Shown piece after piece: positions 18,517 through 28,440 of a DNA stretch of 64,000 nucleotides. The notes under the pieces are model-generated. The model was not told the DNA's origin. It worked only from the letters and a program-made list of their open reading frames with translations, and searched no databases. The translations under genes were made by a program, and so were the position numbers. Origin of the DNA: Rubripirellula sp. (GTDB lineage Bacteria; Planctomycetota; Planctomycetia; Pirellulales; Pirellulaceae); NCBI GenBank assembly GCA_965216875.1, contig OZ244207.1, positions 7,008,001 to 7,072,000 of the forward strand. Direction: 5' to 3'. Positions within the stretch are counted from its first letter, which is position 1; each line of letters opens with the position of its first letter.

Positions 18517-21500
18517 GTGCGTTTGGCCGGTGTGGGTCAAACCAATCAGGATTTCCGGAGAGAAGACGCGACTTTGGTCGGCACGGAAGCCACCGTTGAC
18601 TCGCCGAACAGCAAGATTTGGCAAAGGAAGCCAAGCCTTGCGTTTGCTGCTGCGCGGTTCCTGGTCGCGGCAACGCTTCTTTTTGTCGCTCTCAACACGC
18701 GCGCCACGTTTGCCCAAGAAGTCGCAGCGGATCTCTTGGAAGTGCGTGGCGATTCGATCTACCGATGGCAGATTGGCGATGCCGATGCATCGCTGCTGCA
18801 AGGCGAGTGTGTGATTCAACAGGGTGGCGATCGCATCGAAGCCGAGTCGGTGCTCTTGGTCGTTGACGGTCCTATTGGAAACGTTCGCAACCGGCTAGTG
18901 ATACAAGAGCCGAGCAAGGATGGGATCGCCGTTCGCCCCCGTGCGCTGACGGTTCGCACATTGGACGAGCCCAAAATCCATTCACCGCGATACCTCAAAG
19001 CACCCGACGAGAAACCGAAGCTACTCAACTATTTGCCCGATTCGTTTGACACGCCGCTGGACGACATTGGCTCGCAACCGCAGCGCAAACCCGAGTTGGT
19101 TGAACCCGTTCAATTTGAACAATCCATTCCGGCTGCCGATGGCAGTGTCGTTGAGCCGGAGACGAGCGGTTCGCCGTTTAAGTTTTTTGTCGGTGGAGGA
19201 ACACGCGCCCTCGAAATCTCCGGACGCAACAGCGCTGCACCTGCGCTCACCGAAACCATCAACCGTCCAGAGAGCAACGAGACAGTGATCCTGTCTCGCG
19301 GCGGCGTGACGATCCGAATCAACGATGTGTCAGCACAACTGCCATCAGGCGAGCTGATGGAGTTTGGTTCGGTGACTCTCTCGGCCGACCGGGTTGTCGC
19401 TTGGTTGCCACTTGCGAGCAAGCTTCTCAGTGGCGACGCCAACTGGTCGGACGCGCCGGGTGAACTCTATTTGGAAGGCGACATCGTCTTCCGCCAAGGT
19501 GAGCGGATCGTTTACGCCGAGGCGATGTACTACAACATCGCCGCCGAAGTTGGCATGGTGCTTGACGCCGAAGCGATCACCACGATTCCCGAGTTTCAGG
19601 GTGTCGTGCGTTTGAAGGCGGATGTGCTTCAGCAGGTTTCGAAAGGAAACTTCGTTGCCTTTGATGCGGCCGTGACCAGCAGCCGAATGGGAGTGCCGCG
19701 GTACTGGTTGCAGAGCCAGCGATTGTCATTGACCGATCGTGAACAGATCATCGCCGATCCCGAGACAGGCGCGCCGACGATCGACCGCGAACCGTTTGTG
19801 ACCAGCAGCAACAACTTTGTTTACATGGGAGGCGTACCGCTTCTCTACTGGCCGACGTTCTCAACCACACTCGAAAAGCCGTCGTTCTACGTCTCGGGCA
19901 TCAACATCAAGAACGACAATGTCTTTGGAACTCAGGTCGGCCTCGATTTCGACATCTTTCAGATCTTTGGTGTCGATAATCCGCCCAAGGGTGTCGACTG
20001 GGATCTGTCACTCGACTATCTGAGCAAACGTGGTCCCGCGATCGGGACGACTCTCGACTATCGCGTCAAATCGTTGCTTGGTGTCGAAGGCCCAGTGATC
20101 GGATTCTTGGATGCTTGGGTGATCGACGATACAGGCTTGGATACCCTCGGTCGCGGGCGGCGAGACATTGTTCCTGACAAACGGACGCGCGGTCGCGCTC
20201 TGCTACGTCATCGTCACTACCTGCCGCGTGACTTCGAATTCATTGCCGAAGTGGGGTGGATCAGTGATCGCAACTTCCTTGAGCAATACCTCGAGAACGA
20301 ATGGGATCGCGATCTCGATCATCGTACGGCGCTTCGGTTGAGGCGCTACTGGCACAGCCACATGCTTGACCTTTCCGCGAAGGCGCAAGTCAACGACTTC
20401 TTTACCGAAGACGAACAGCTTCCTCAGCTCGACCATTATTTGCTCGGCGGCTCGATCCTCAACGATTGGCTAACGTGGTCGGCTCACAGCAAGGTTGGCT
20501 ACAACCGGCTTAACGTTTCTGACGCGGCCGTGACGACTGTTCCGGGCGAGGTCGACGCGAAAGGGGTTGTCGCCGCGACACGTCACGAGTTGGCTATGCC
20601 GTTGAACATCGGGCCGGTGAAAGTCGTTCCGAACGTTTCCGGCGAAATCTCGCACTATGGTGAAGCTGCCAACGGCGAATCGCTCAATCGAACACTCGGC
20701 CAAGCCGGTGTACGCGCCAGTTTGCAGATGTGGCGGTTTGATCCAGGTGTCCAAAGTAGCCTGCTGAATGTTCGCGGGCTGGCACACAAGATGGAATGGA
20801 CGGCCGAATACTTTTACGCCGACAGCGATACCAATCTCGATGAACTGCCGCTGTATGACCCGCTCGATGACAATGCCCAGGAAGAGTTTCGACGTCGGTT
20901 CATCTTCGATACCTTTGGCGGAGTGTTACCCGATCGCTTTGATCCTCGGACCTACGCACTCCGGCATGGTTTTCAAAGTTTGGTTGCCAGCCCAAGTGAT
21001 GTGATCGCCGACGACCTCCAGCAGTTCCGGTTTGGGTTGAACCAACGTTGGCAGACACGTCGCGGTTTGCCAGGGCGGGATCGCATTGTCGACTTGTTCG
21101 AATTGAACATGGACGTGTTGTTGTACCCCAAGCAAGACCGCGACAACTTTGGGGAAACACTGGGGCCAGCAACCTATGATGTGAAATACAACATCGGTGA
21201 TCGTGTCACATTGTTGAGCGACGGCTACATCGACTTCTTCGATGACGGGTTGCGATCGATCAGTGCCGGCTTCCGAACGAGTCGACCAGGATTGGGTGAC
21301 GCGTATATCGGACTGCTCTCGCTCGAGGGTCCGATCAGCAGTACCGTTTTGCGAGGCACGCTCGACTATCGATTGAACGAAAAATGGATCGTTTCAACAG
21401 GGACGACCTATGACTTTGGTTCGGTCGGCAACGTTGGCCAGACGGTTGCCTTGACTCGAATCGGAGAGTCGTTGTTGTTGCGTGTTGGTCTGAACATCGA

Positions 21501-21621
21501 CGATGGCCGAAACAACACGAGTGTTGGTTTTTCGGTCGAACCGCGGTTGTTCCCTTCACGTAAACGCGGGCGACTTGGTGGTCAGTTGATTCCGCCACCA
21601 GGAGTTGAGGGACTCGAATGA
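18517..21621 (+). CDS. lptD: LPS-assembly protein LptD (OstA-like), planctomycete type
   Basis: About 1000 aa; N-terminal beta-rich region (ELYLEGDIVFRQG), C-terminal beta-barrel pattern (SDRNFLEQY, LDYRLNEKW); start uncertain. Confidence 0.7.
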   Translation: MRLAGVGQTNQDFRREDATLVGTEATVDSPNSKIWQRKPSLAFAAARFLVAATLLFVALNTRATFAQEVAADLLEVRGDSIYRWQIGDADASLLQGECVIQQGGDRIEAESVLLVVDGPIGNVRNRLVIQEPSKDGIAVRPRALTVRTLDEPKIHSPRYLKAPDEKPKLLNYLPDSFDTPLDDIGSQPQRKPELVEPVQFEQSIPAADGSVVEPETSGSPFKFFVGGGTRALEISGRNSAAPALTETINRPESNETVILSRGGVTIRINDVSAQLPSGELMEFGSVTLSADRVVAWLPLASKLLSGDANWSDAPGELYLEGDIVFRQGERIVYAEAMYYNIAAEVGMVLDAEAITTIPEFQGVVRLKADVLQQVSKGNFVAFDAAVTSSRMGVPRYWLQSQRLSLTDREQIIADPETGAPTIDREPFVTSSNNFVYMGGVPLLYWPTFSTTLEKPSFYVSGINIKNDNVFGTQVGLDFDIFQIFGVDNPPKGVDWDLSLDYLSKRGPAIGTTLDYRVKSLLGVEGPVIGFLDAWVIDDTGLDTLGRGRRDIVPDKRTRGRALLRHRHYLPRDFEFIAEVGWISDRNFLEQYLENEWDRDLDHRTALRLRRYWHSHMLDLSAKAQVNDFFTEDEQLPQLDHYLLGGSILNDWLTWSAHSKVGYNRLNVSDAAVTTVPGEVDAKGVVAATRHELAMPLNIGPVKVVPNVSGEISHYGEAANGESLNRTLGQAGVRASLQMWRFDPGVQSSLLNVRGLAHKMEWTAEYFYADSDTNLDELPLYDPLDDNAQEEFRRRFIFDTFGGVLPDRFDPRTYALRHGFQSLVASPSDVIADDLQQFRFGLNQRWQTRRGLPGRDRIVDLFELNMDVLLYPKQDRDNFGETLGPATYDVKYNIGDRVTLLSDGYIDFFDDGLRSISAGFRTSRPGLGDAYIGLLSLEGPISSTVLRGTLDYRLNEKWIVSTGTTYDFGSVGNVGQTVALTRIGESLLLRVGLNIDDGRNNTSVGFSVEPRLFPSRKRGRLGGQLIPPPGVEGLE

Positions 21622-21989
21622 CGTCGCCACTGCAACGTTGGAAGAAGCGATTTGCTTACGCGTTTGCAGGGCTCTTTCGGTCCATTCGGACGGAACCAAG
21701 CTTTTGGGTGCACTGCCCCGCCGCTGTGTTGGCCCTCGCGTTGGCGTGGTGGCTGCAATTGGAAACGTGGCGTTTCCTCGCGATCATTCTGGCCATTGGA
21801 GGCGTCTTTGCCGCAGAGCTGCTGAACACGGCGATTGAAACGATCGCCAAAGCGCTGCATCCCGAGGACCATCCCCAAATCGGTCACGCGCTCGATGCGG
21901 CCGCTGCTGCTGTGCTCGTCACCGCGTTGACCTCCGTGGTGATCGGTGTGGTTGTCTTCGCAATGCCGCTTTGGAAGTTGGTGCAGTAA
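21618..21989 (+). CDS. dgkA: Diacylglycerol/undecaprenol kinase family protein
   Basis: FAYAFAGL, ELLNTAIE, ALDAAAAAVL; ATGA overlap with upstream gene. Confidence 0.88.
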   Translation: MTSPLQRWKKRFAYAFAGLFRSIRTEPSFWVHCPAAVLALALAWWLQLETWRFLAIILAIGGVFAAELLNTAIETIAKALHPEDHPQIGHALDAAAAAVLVTALTSVVIGVVVFAMPLWKLVQ

Positions 21990-22024
21990 GCGAGTTCCGG
22001 TTTTCCAGCGACACTCGCATTCAA

Positions 22025-22219
22025 ACCCCTCCTTTTCAAGGAGGGTCGGGCGCCAAAGCCCGGGGAGGATTCGTTGCGACTCGGTTAAGCGGCCGGGCTT
22101 TGCACTCTTTTGCGCACCTCGCAGGGCCCGACGCTAGCGCGTGCGGCTCAGTGAATGTCGCCTTTCGCTCCGCGCAAGTTGCGTGACTCCTGTTCGTAGC
22201 TACCTTCGCCAGAAGGTGG
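22025..22219. repeat. Mosaic REP array (CCCTCC/GGAGGG hairpin, E 22125-22150, F 22157-22178, B 22196-22219)
   Basis: E, F and B units each match copies elsewhere in the window; lies between convergent dgkA and cutA. Confidence 0.8.
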
Positions 22220-22242
22220 TTAGAAGGTCACGCCCCGCAGCA

Positions 22243-22569
22243 CTAGGTGGTTTGGTCGATGACCCAGTCGCGGTAACCGCCGCTCGAGTCGTCGATTTCG
22301 AACATCACGATCTGTGGTTCCTCATAGGGATGCAGTTGGTCGAGTTTGTCCTTCAGACTCGGCCAAGCGGCGGTCGAGGATTTGATCGCCAAGCGGTATT
22401 CCGTTTCGCAGGCGAGTTTTCCAGCCCAGCGGTAGTGACTGCTAACCGGGCCATCCACCTGGACACACGCGGCAAGGCATTGATCCACGAGGGCTTTGGC
22501 TAGCCGGTCGGCGTCGTCTGAAGAGGCAACGGTGGTCAGCACCATGATCAATCGTATGGACTCATTCAT
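22243..22569 (-). CDS. cutA: Divalent-cation tolerance protein CutA
   Basis: LAACVQ, SHYRWAGK, LHPYEEPQI, YRDW. Confidence 0.92.
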   Translation of the reverse strand: MNESIRLIMVLTTVASSDDADRLAKALVDQCLAACVQVDGPVSSHYRWAGKLACETEYRLAIKSSTAAWPSLKDKLDQLHPYEEPQIVMFEIDDSSGGYRDWVIDQTT

Positions 22570-22804
22570 CGCGATCGACTCGCATTGAGAAGCGAAACAG
22601 GAAGGCGGGGAACCGTCCTTTTCATTCTAATCGTCGTAACCGGTCGTGATGGCCCCGGCCTACGACGAGAACGATTTTTGGATGAGACGCATCGCCTGCA
22701 CTGGCAACTAGCTTAAAGCACTGGCAACGAGCACGAAGGAATCAGAAACGCCGGATCCCCTGACGAAGTGTCTTGGTCGCAAGCTGACCGAACTCGAAAA
22801 TCAT

Positions 22805-23680
22805 ATGCGCAAACTCAAACTGATCGTACTGCTGACAGCATTCATCCCGCCAAATTCGGTTTGGGCAGAGGGAGTTGTGGTCGAAGACGCTCAAGTGTCA
22901 CTCATTCAAAATACGTTCGTTGCGGCGCCGATTTCGGGTGTCGTCGCGGCTGTCAAAACCCATGAAGGTGCGACCGCTTCCAGCGGCGACGTCTTGGTCG
23001 CTCTTGACGACGATCAGGCACGCACGGAGCTCGAAGCGGCAACGGCTGCCTTCGACGCGGCGCGGTTGGAAAGCGACAATGATGTCGATGCCCGCTACGC
23101 CACACGCACACTTGAAGTGCGTAAGAAGGAATTGGAACAGAGCCTCGAAGCCAACGCGGGACTCGCCGGCGTGATCAGCGAAACGGAGATCGAAACGCAG
23201 CGGTTGGTTGTCGACCAAGCTCGGTTGGCAATTGAGCAAGCAATGCATCAGCAAAACGTCGCCGCCGCTCGAGCTGTCGAAAAGCAAGCGGCAGTGAAGA
23301 TGGCCAAGGCCAAGGTCGACAAGCACCTCGTTCGAGCTCCTGTGACCGGTGCCGTCGTGGAAGTCGTCGTGGAACCGGGGGAATGGGTCGAAGTCGGCAA
23401 GCCGATCGTTCGCCTGATCTCACTCAATCCAATCCGCGTTGAATGCTTCATTGATGGACACAAACATGGTCCCGAACTGACGGGGCGTCGCGTCGAGTTC
23501 TACATCGAGAACAGGCCGACTCAATCGAGTGACGCGACGAAGCTTGTTGGCGAAGTCGCTTTTGTCTCCCCAGAGCTCAATCCAATCACCGGCGAAGTGC
23601 GCCTTTGGGCGACGGTCGAAAACCCCGACCGCGCCGTCCGAGCGGGAATGAAGGGGCGTTTGGTGATTCTGTCGGAGTAG
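22805..23680 (+). CDS. HlyD/RND periplasmic adaptor family protein
   Basis: Signal peptide, split lipoyl motifs (VAAPISGVV / VRAPVTGAV), helical hairpin, beta-barrel end (RAGMKG). Confidence 0.82.
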   Translation: MRKLKLIVLLTAFIPPNSVWAEGVVVEDAQVSLIQNTFVAAPISGVVAAVKTHEGATASSGDVLVALDDDQARTELEAATAAFDAARLESDNDVDARYATRTLEVRKKELEQSLEANAGLAGVISETEIETQRLVVDQARLAIEQAMHQQNVAAARAVEKQAAVKMAKAKVDKHLVRAPVTGAVVEVVVEPGEWVEVGKPIVRLISLNPIRVECFIDGHKHGPELTGRRVEFYIENRPTQSSDATKLVGEVAFVSPELNPITGEVRLWATVENPDRAVRAGMKGRLVILSE

Positions 23681-23682
23681 GC

Positions 23683-23965
23683 TCAGCCGCCACGCGATAG
23701 CGTGAGGTTTCTACCTTCCTGGTAACCGCGAGCTATCGCTCTGCGGCTGATGATGGCAGTTCGTAGTACCGAGCTTTAGCCGGAATCTTCTCACATGGGC
23801 TACAAACGGCGTGACCACGCTTCGTAGCTACGCTCGCCAGAGCGTGGTAGACGAGAGCAAAGCGGTCTACTGAGACAAACCACCTTCTGGCGAAGGTAGC
23901 TACGGCCCGCGGAGAGGACGCGGAGCGTCCAAGAGTGCGTTACCACGCGGAGCGTGGTAACGAGG
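23683..23965. repeat. Mosaic REP array (E-like pair 23683-23750, A 23759-23783, B pair 23824-23903, G 23916-23965)
   Basis: A, B and G units match other copies; several inverted repeats. Confidence 0.85.
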
Positions 23966-24089
23966 TTTGAGGTGGCGGCTCGCAAGCCGTGTTCACGGGG
24001 TACGGTGTTGAATTGACTGTCGACTGTTCGCCGCATGGCGATCGTCGTAGAGTGATTGAGACGCAATTCCCTCGGACTCGAACAATTCC

Positions 24090-27000
24090 ATGCCTGATCC
24101 CACAAAGTCGCTGACGCTGACGCGAATGTCGCTGGCGTCGATTCGCTACAGTTGGCGCGTTTCACTCTCGGTGGCTCTCGGTGTCGCAACGGCAACGGCC
24201 GTGATTGCCGGCGCTTTGTTAGTGGGCGATTCGATGCGCGGCAGTCTGCGCGGGTTGACGATTGAACGTCTTGGGAAAACCGATTCGGCGATCATCCCCG
24301 GTTCGTTCTTCGATGCCGACAGTGTTTCCGAAGACGCCGTCGCGCTGATCCTATTTGCTCGCGGCGTTGTCGAAACGGATGACCCTGCTCGTGAGGGCGA
24401 GGTCCGTCGCGCTGGTTCGATCCAAATCGTTGGTTGTGATGACGATTTTTGGGACCTTGATGTCAGCGGGGTTCGTCCCCAGCAATTCCCAAACGACGAC
24501 GGTGTGGTGATGAACCAGTCGGCCGCCGACGAGCTGGGAGTCAAGACGGGTGATTTGGTCACCGTTCGATTGCCGGTTGAACAGGCCGTGCCGGCCGATA
24601 GTCCGCTTGGAAGACGCGATATTCAAACCGAAGGTCTTCCGCGGATGAAAGTGTTGGACGTTGTGCCAGACAAAGGACTGGGGCGATTTTCACTTTCGCC
24701 AAGTCAGGCAGCGCCGCAGATCGTTTTCCTTGATCGCGCAACGATCGGCGATGTGCTCGGACGCGATGGGCAAGCCAACGCGTTGTTGTTCGATCACTCG
24801 GTTGAAATCGATGATCTGAATATCGACTTGGCGGCACTGGGTTTAAAGCTAGATCGGGTCCAACGTGAGTTTGTCGATGGCGACCAAGACGCCCAGACGA
24901 TCTACGACTACTACTCGCTAACCAGTGATCGGTTGCTCCTGCCCGATGTGGTCGTGGATCGAGTCACCGCGACACTCGAGCCAGGCAAAGTTCACTCGCT
25001 GACGACTTACTTGGCAAACGCGATCGAACGAAAGGAAGGCGACCAGGCTCGCGACGAAGAAGTCTTTCCTGTGCCGTACAGCACGATCACCGCAGTCGAT
25101 TCGTTGGGCGATCTTCCGCTCGATTATTCCAAAGCGGGTGACGGGTCAGTCGTGCCAATGGTATTGAACAGTTGGGCTGCCGAACGTCTGAAGGCAAACG
25201 TTGGAACGCAGTTGACGGTCGCGTACTACGAACCCGAAGTTGAAAACGGCAACGAGATTGAGCGTACTTTCGATGCGGTCGTGACGGGTATCGTTCCAGT
25301 GACGGAGCCAGCCAAGCGTTACTTTCGTAGTCGTGAGGCTGTGTTCGACAAGCCACCAACGGTTTACAACGATCCCGATCTGACGCCGACCGTTCCGGGG
25401 GTGACCGATCAAGATTCGATCAGCGATTGGGACTTGCCCTTTGCTCTAAAACGCAAAATCGAAAAAGAGGACGATCGGTATTGGAACAACTACCGCTTGA
25501 CGCCAAAGGCGTTCTTGCCGCTCAAAGAGGGGCAACGACTCTTTTCAAGCCGGTTTGGGCAAACGACAAGTCTACGCATCGATCATGCTGCGAGCGTTGA
25601 CCGTAGCGTGCTCGAGCGACAAATCCTCGAGGCGCTCAAGCCAAACTATGCCGACCTTGGTTGGACGGTGCGTCACATTCGCAATCAACAGCTAACGGCG
25701 TCGCGCGGAACGACGCCCTTTGACGTGTTGTTCTTGTCCCTCAGCTTCTTTGTCATCTTGGCTGCCGTGATGTTGATCGCGATGCTGTTTCGGCTCGGTT
25801 TGGTCGAGCGTCAAAAGCAGTTTGGGACGCTGTTGGCGATTGGATGGCCGCCAAAGCAGGTTGCAAAGATGGCGCGCCGAGAAGGATTTGTGGTCGCGCT
25901 GGCCGGCGTGGTGCTCGGATTGGTTGGCGGTTTCGTCTACGCGAAACTGGTCCTTTGGGCGCTAAGGTCGCTATGGGTTGGGGCTGTAACCGTTCCGTTT
26001 CTGACCTTCCATTGGACACCGTTGACGCTGGTGATCGGTGCGGTTTCGGGGTGGTGTGTCGCGGCGATCACGTTGGTGATGACGACTCGGTCCCTTACCA
26101 AGGTCCAGGCGCAAACCTTGCTTTCGGGTCGCGATGTTGATTTGCAGTCGAATAAGGCCGATGGTGACGCGACATCCCGCGATAAGAAGATCGGCATCGC
26201 CGCATGGGCGACACTGATGTGCGCTTTGGTTGCCGCAGGTGCTGGCGCGATGGCAGGCGGGCAAGCTGCGGCCGGCGGATTTGTTGGCGGCGGCATGTTG
26301 TTATTGGTTGCGGGTTTGTTGGCCATTTATCGGCGACTGCGAACGCCAAGACGGATCAAGAATGCGTCAGGCGATGACAAGCAAAGTCGATACACCCTCG
26401 GCAGCCTTGCTTCGCGTAACGCCTCACGCCATCCGCTTCGTAGCACGTTGACCATTGGATTGATGGCAAGTGCCTCCTTCTTGATCATTGCGATTTCCGC
26501 GTTTCGGCTCGAGCCAACCGAGAAAGGGACGGGAGGATTCCGTCTGATCGGCCAATCGGCTCAACCGCTGTACAAGGACTTGAGCCAGAAAGACGTTCAA
26601 GCGGAGTTGCTTGGCCCCGATGCCGATGTGCTCGGCGACGCACGCGTGGTTCCGATGCGACTGCGGTTGGGACAAGACGCTAGTTGCAACAATCTTTATC
26701 AGGCGACGCAGCCAACCGTGCTTGGCGTTTCGAAGTCGATGGAGCTTATGTTCGAAGGCGACGACGCACTCGCCGGGTTTGAGTTTTTTGCACACGCCGA
26801 AGTTGATGGCGATCAAACGCCCTGGGTGCTCCTTCAGCGCGATGCGGTTGGTAGCGAAGAAAACCCTATTCCGATGATCCTTGATCAAAACACCGCGATG
26901 TACAGTTTGCAGATGTACGGTGGTGTGGGAGAGATCAAGTCGTTCGAATACGAACCTGGAAAGCCACTCTTCTTCGAGGTGGTCGGTCTGCTGTCCAATT

Positions 27001-27587
27001 CGTTGCTGCAAGGAAAACTGATGATCGGCAACGACAATTTTGAAGGTGCGTTCACGACAATCAACGGTCATCAATTCTTCTTGATCGCTTGCGAGAATGA
27101 AGAGCGTGCCGCCGTTCGATCGGCGCTTGAAAATCGGCTCGGCGATGTGGGGATGGATATGTCCGATGCCGCCACCGTGTTGTCAGGAATGCTTGCCGTA
27201 CAAAACACCTACTTGCGCACGTTCCAAAGTCTCGGTGCACTTGGGTTGTTACTCGGCACGATTGGCTTGGCAGTCGCGCAGATGCGCAGCGTTTTGGAGC
27301 GGCGAAGCGAGCTAGCCGTTTTGCGTGCCATCGGGTTCACGCGGGCTCGATTGGCGGCGTTGGTGATGAGCGAGACGGCATCGCTGTTGTTGGCTGGAAT
27401 CGGTTGTGGGTTGATCTGTGCCGTATTGGCGGTGTTGCCGCATGCCTTTGTGAATGAACTACGCCCGCCAATTATCGAGCCGATCGCGATCATTGTTGGC
27501 ATCATCGTTTTCGGAATGCTTGCTGGCTTGTCCGCTGTGGGGCGGGTCGTCCGCATGCCGCTCATCCAATCGTTGCGGTCCGAATGA
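24090..27587 (+). CDS. Large FtsX/MacB-like ABC permease (duplicated domains)
   Basis: ALLVGDSM, ERQKQFGTLLAIGW and ERRSELAVLRAIGF FtsX motifs, multiple TMs. Confidence 0.88.
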   Translation: MPDPTKSLTLTRMSLASIRYSWRVSLSVALGVATATAVIAGALLVGDSMRGSLRGLTIERLGKTDSAIIPGSFFDADSVSEDAVALILFARGVVETDDPAREGEVRRAGSIQIVGCDDDFWDLDVSGVRPQQFPNDDGVVMNQSAADELGVKTGDLVTVRLPVEQAVPADSPLGRRDIQTEGLPRMKVLDVVPDKGLGRFSLSPSQAAPQIVFLDRATIGDVLGRDGQANALLFDHSVEIDDLNIDLAALGLKLDRVQREFVDGDQDAQTIYDYYSLTSDRLLLPDVVVDRVTATLEPGKVHSLTTYLANAIERKEGDQARDEEVFPVPYSTITAVDSLGDLPLDYSKAGDGSVVPMVLNSWAAERLKANVGTQLTVAYYEPEVENGNEIERTFDAVVTGIVPVTEPAKRYFRSREAVFDKPPTVYNDPDLTPTVPGVTDQDSISDWDLPFALKRKIEKEDDRYWNNYRLTPKAFLPLKEGQRLFSSRFGQTTSLRIDHAASVDRSVLERQILEALKPNYADLGWTVRHIRNQQLTASRGTTPFDVLFLSLSFFVILAAVMLIAMLFRLGLVERQKQFGTLLAIGWPPKQVAKMARREGFVVALAGVVLGLVGGFVYAKLVLWALRSLWVGAVTVPFLTFHWTPLTLVIGAVSGWCVAAITLVMTTRSLTKVQAQTLLSGRDVDLQSNKADGDATSRDKKIGIAAWATLMCALVAAGAGAMAGGQAAAGGFVGGGMLLLVAGLLAIYRRLRTPRRIKNASGDDKQSRYTLGSLASRNASRHPLRSTLTIGLMASASFLIIAISAFRLEPTEKGTGGFRLIGQSAQPLYKDLSQKDVQAELLGPDADVLGDARVVPMRLRLGQDASCNNLYQATQPTVLGVSKSMELMFEGDDALAGFEFFAHAEVDGDQTPWVLLQRDAVGSEENPIPMILDQNTAMYSLQMYGGVGEIKSFEYEPGKPLFFEVVGLLSNSLLQGKLMIGNDNFEGAFTTINGHQFFLIACENEERAAVRSALENRLGDVGMDMSDAATVLSGMLAVQNTYLRTFQSLGALGLLLGTIGLAVAQMRSVLERRSELAVLRAIGFTRARLAALVMSETASLLLAGIGCGLICAVLAVLPHAFVNELRPPIIEPIAIIVGIIVFGMLAGLSAVGRVVRMPLIQSLRSE

Positions 27588-27596
27588 GCGAGTTTG

Positions 27597-28322
27597 ATGA
27601 AGTTCATTGATGCCTTTTCGCGACCAACGGCCGCCGATCACCTTGCGTTGGATGAAGCACTGCTGCTTGAGACAGACAAGGGAATCTGTGAGGAGACGCT
27701 TCGCTGTTGGGAATTTGAGAAACCGACACTCGTTGTCGGACGCTCATCCAAAATCGACTTTGAAGTGAACCTTGGCTACTGCAAGGCGAACGGAATCGAA
27801 GTCTTACGCCGTTGTAGTGGCGGAGCATCGATCGTCGGGGGACCTGGATGTTTGATGTACAGCGTCGTTTTGAGTTTGGCGTTGAGGCCGGAGCTGCGAG
27901 GCATCGACGCAGCACACGCATTTGTCATGCAACGCGTTCTTGGCGCATTGCGAAACCAAGCGGGTGATGAGGTTGCGTTTCAAGGGACTTGCGATTTGAC
28001 ATGGCAGGATCGCAAGTGCTCGGGAAACAGTCTGCGGGTGACGCGGCAAGCCGTTCTTTATCACGGAACCATTCTCTACAACGCCGATTTGGACTTTTTT
28101 GCGGGGGCGCTCGCAGGAGCGCCGCGACAACCTGATTATCGTGCAGGTCGCGATCACCGCGCCTTCATGACGAATGTTGCGGTCGATCCCACACGATTGC
28201 AAACCCAGCTCTGCGAAGCGTTCGGCGCCGAGGGGGACGGATCGTTCGAGATACCCGAATCCCGTATCTGCGAATTACGTGAGCAACGTTATGATGATCC
28301 CGCCTGGCATTTCCGCCACTAG
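27597..28322 (+). CDS. Lipoate-protein ligase A / octanoyltransferase family protein
   Basis: LALDEALL, RRCSGGASIV, DL..DRKCSGN, YHGTILY; catalytic domain only. Confidence 0.85.
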   Translation: MKFIDAFSRPTAADHLALDEALLLETDKGICEETLRCWEFEKPTLVVGRSSKIDFEVNLGYCKANGIEVLRRCSGGASIVGGPGCLMYSVVLSLALRPELRGIDAAHAFVMQRVLGALRNQAGDEVAFQGTCDLTWQDRKCSGNSLRVTRQAVLYHGTILYNADLDFFAGALAGAPRQPDYRAGRDHRAFMTNVAVDPTRLQTQLCEAFGAEGDGSFEIPESRICELREQRYDDPAWHFRH

Positions 28323-28440
28323 TGCTTTGCTTGGATGCGGTTGTTGTTGCTTCGGGCAAACCGGCGAGTCCTGAAATCCGACGTTTCGGATTGCATCACC
28401 AAGTCCGCTGAAAACACCCTTGATTTTGTGCATTGAGTCA

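Noticed and set aside
23800..24195. 131-aa minus-strand ORF and similar short ORFs over repeat arrays
   Set aside because: Translations of REP sequence (RSYLRQKV, GERSYE); no independent coding evidence
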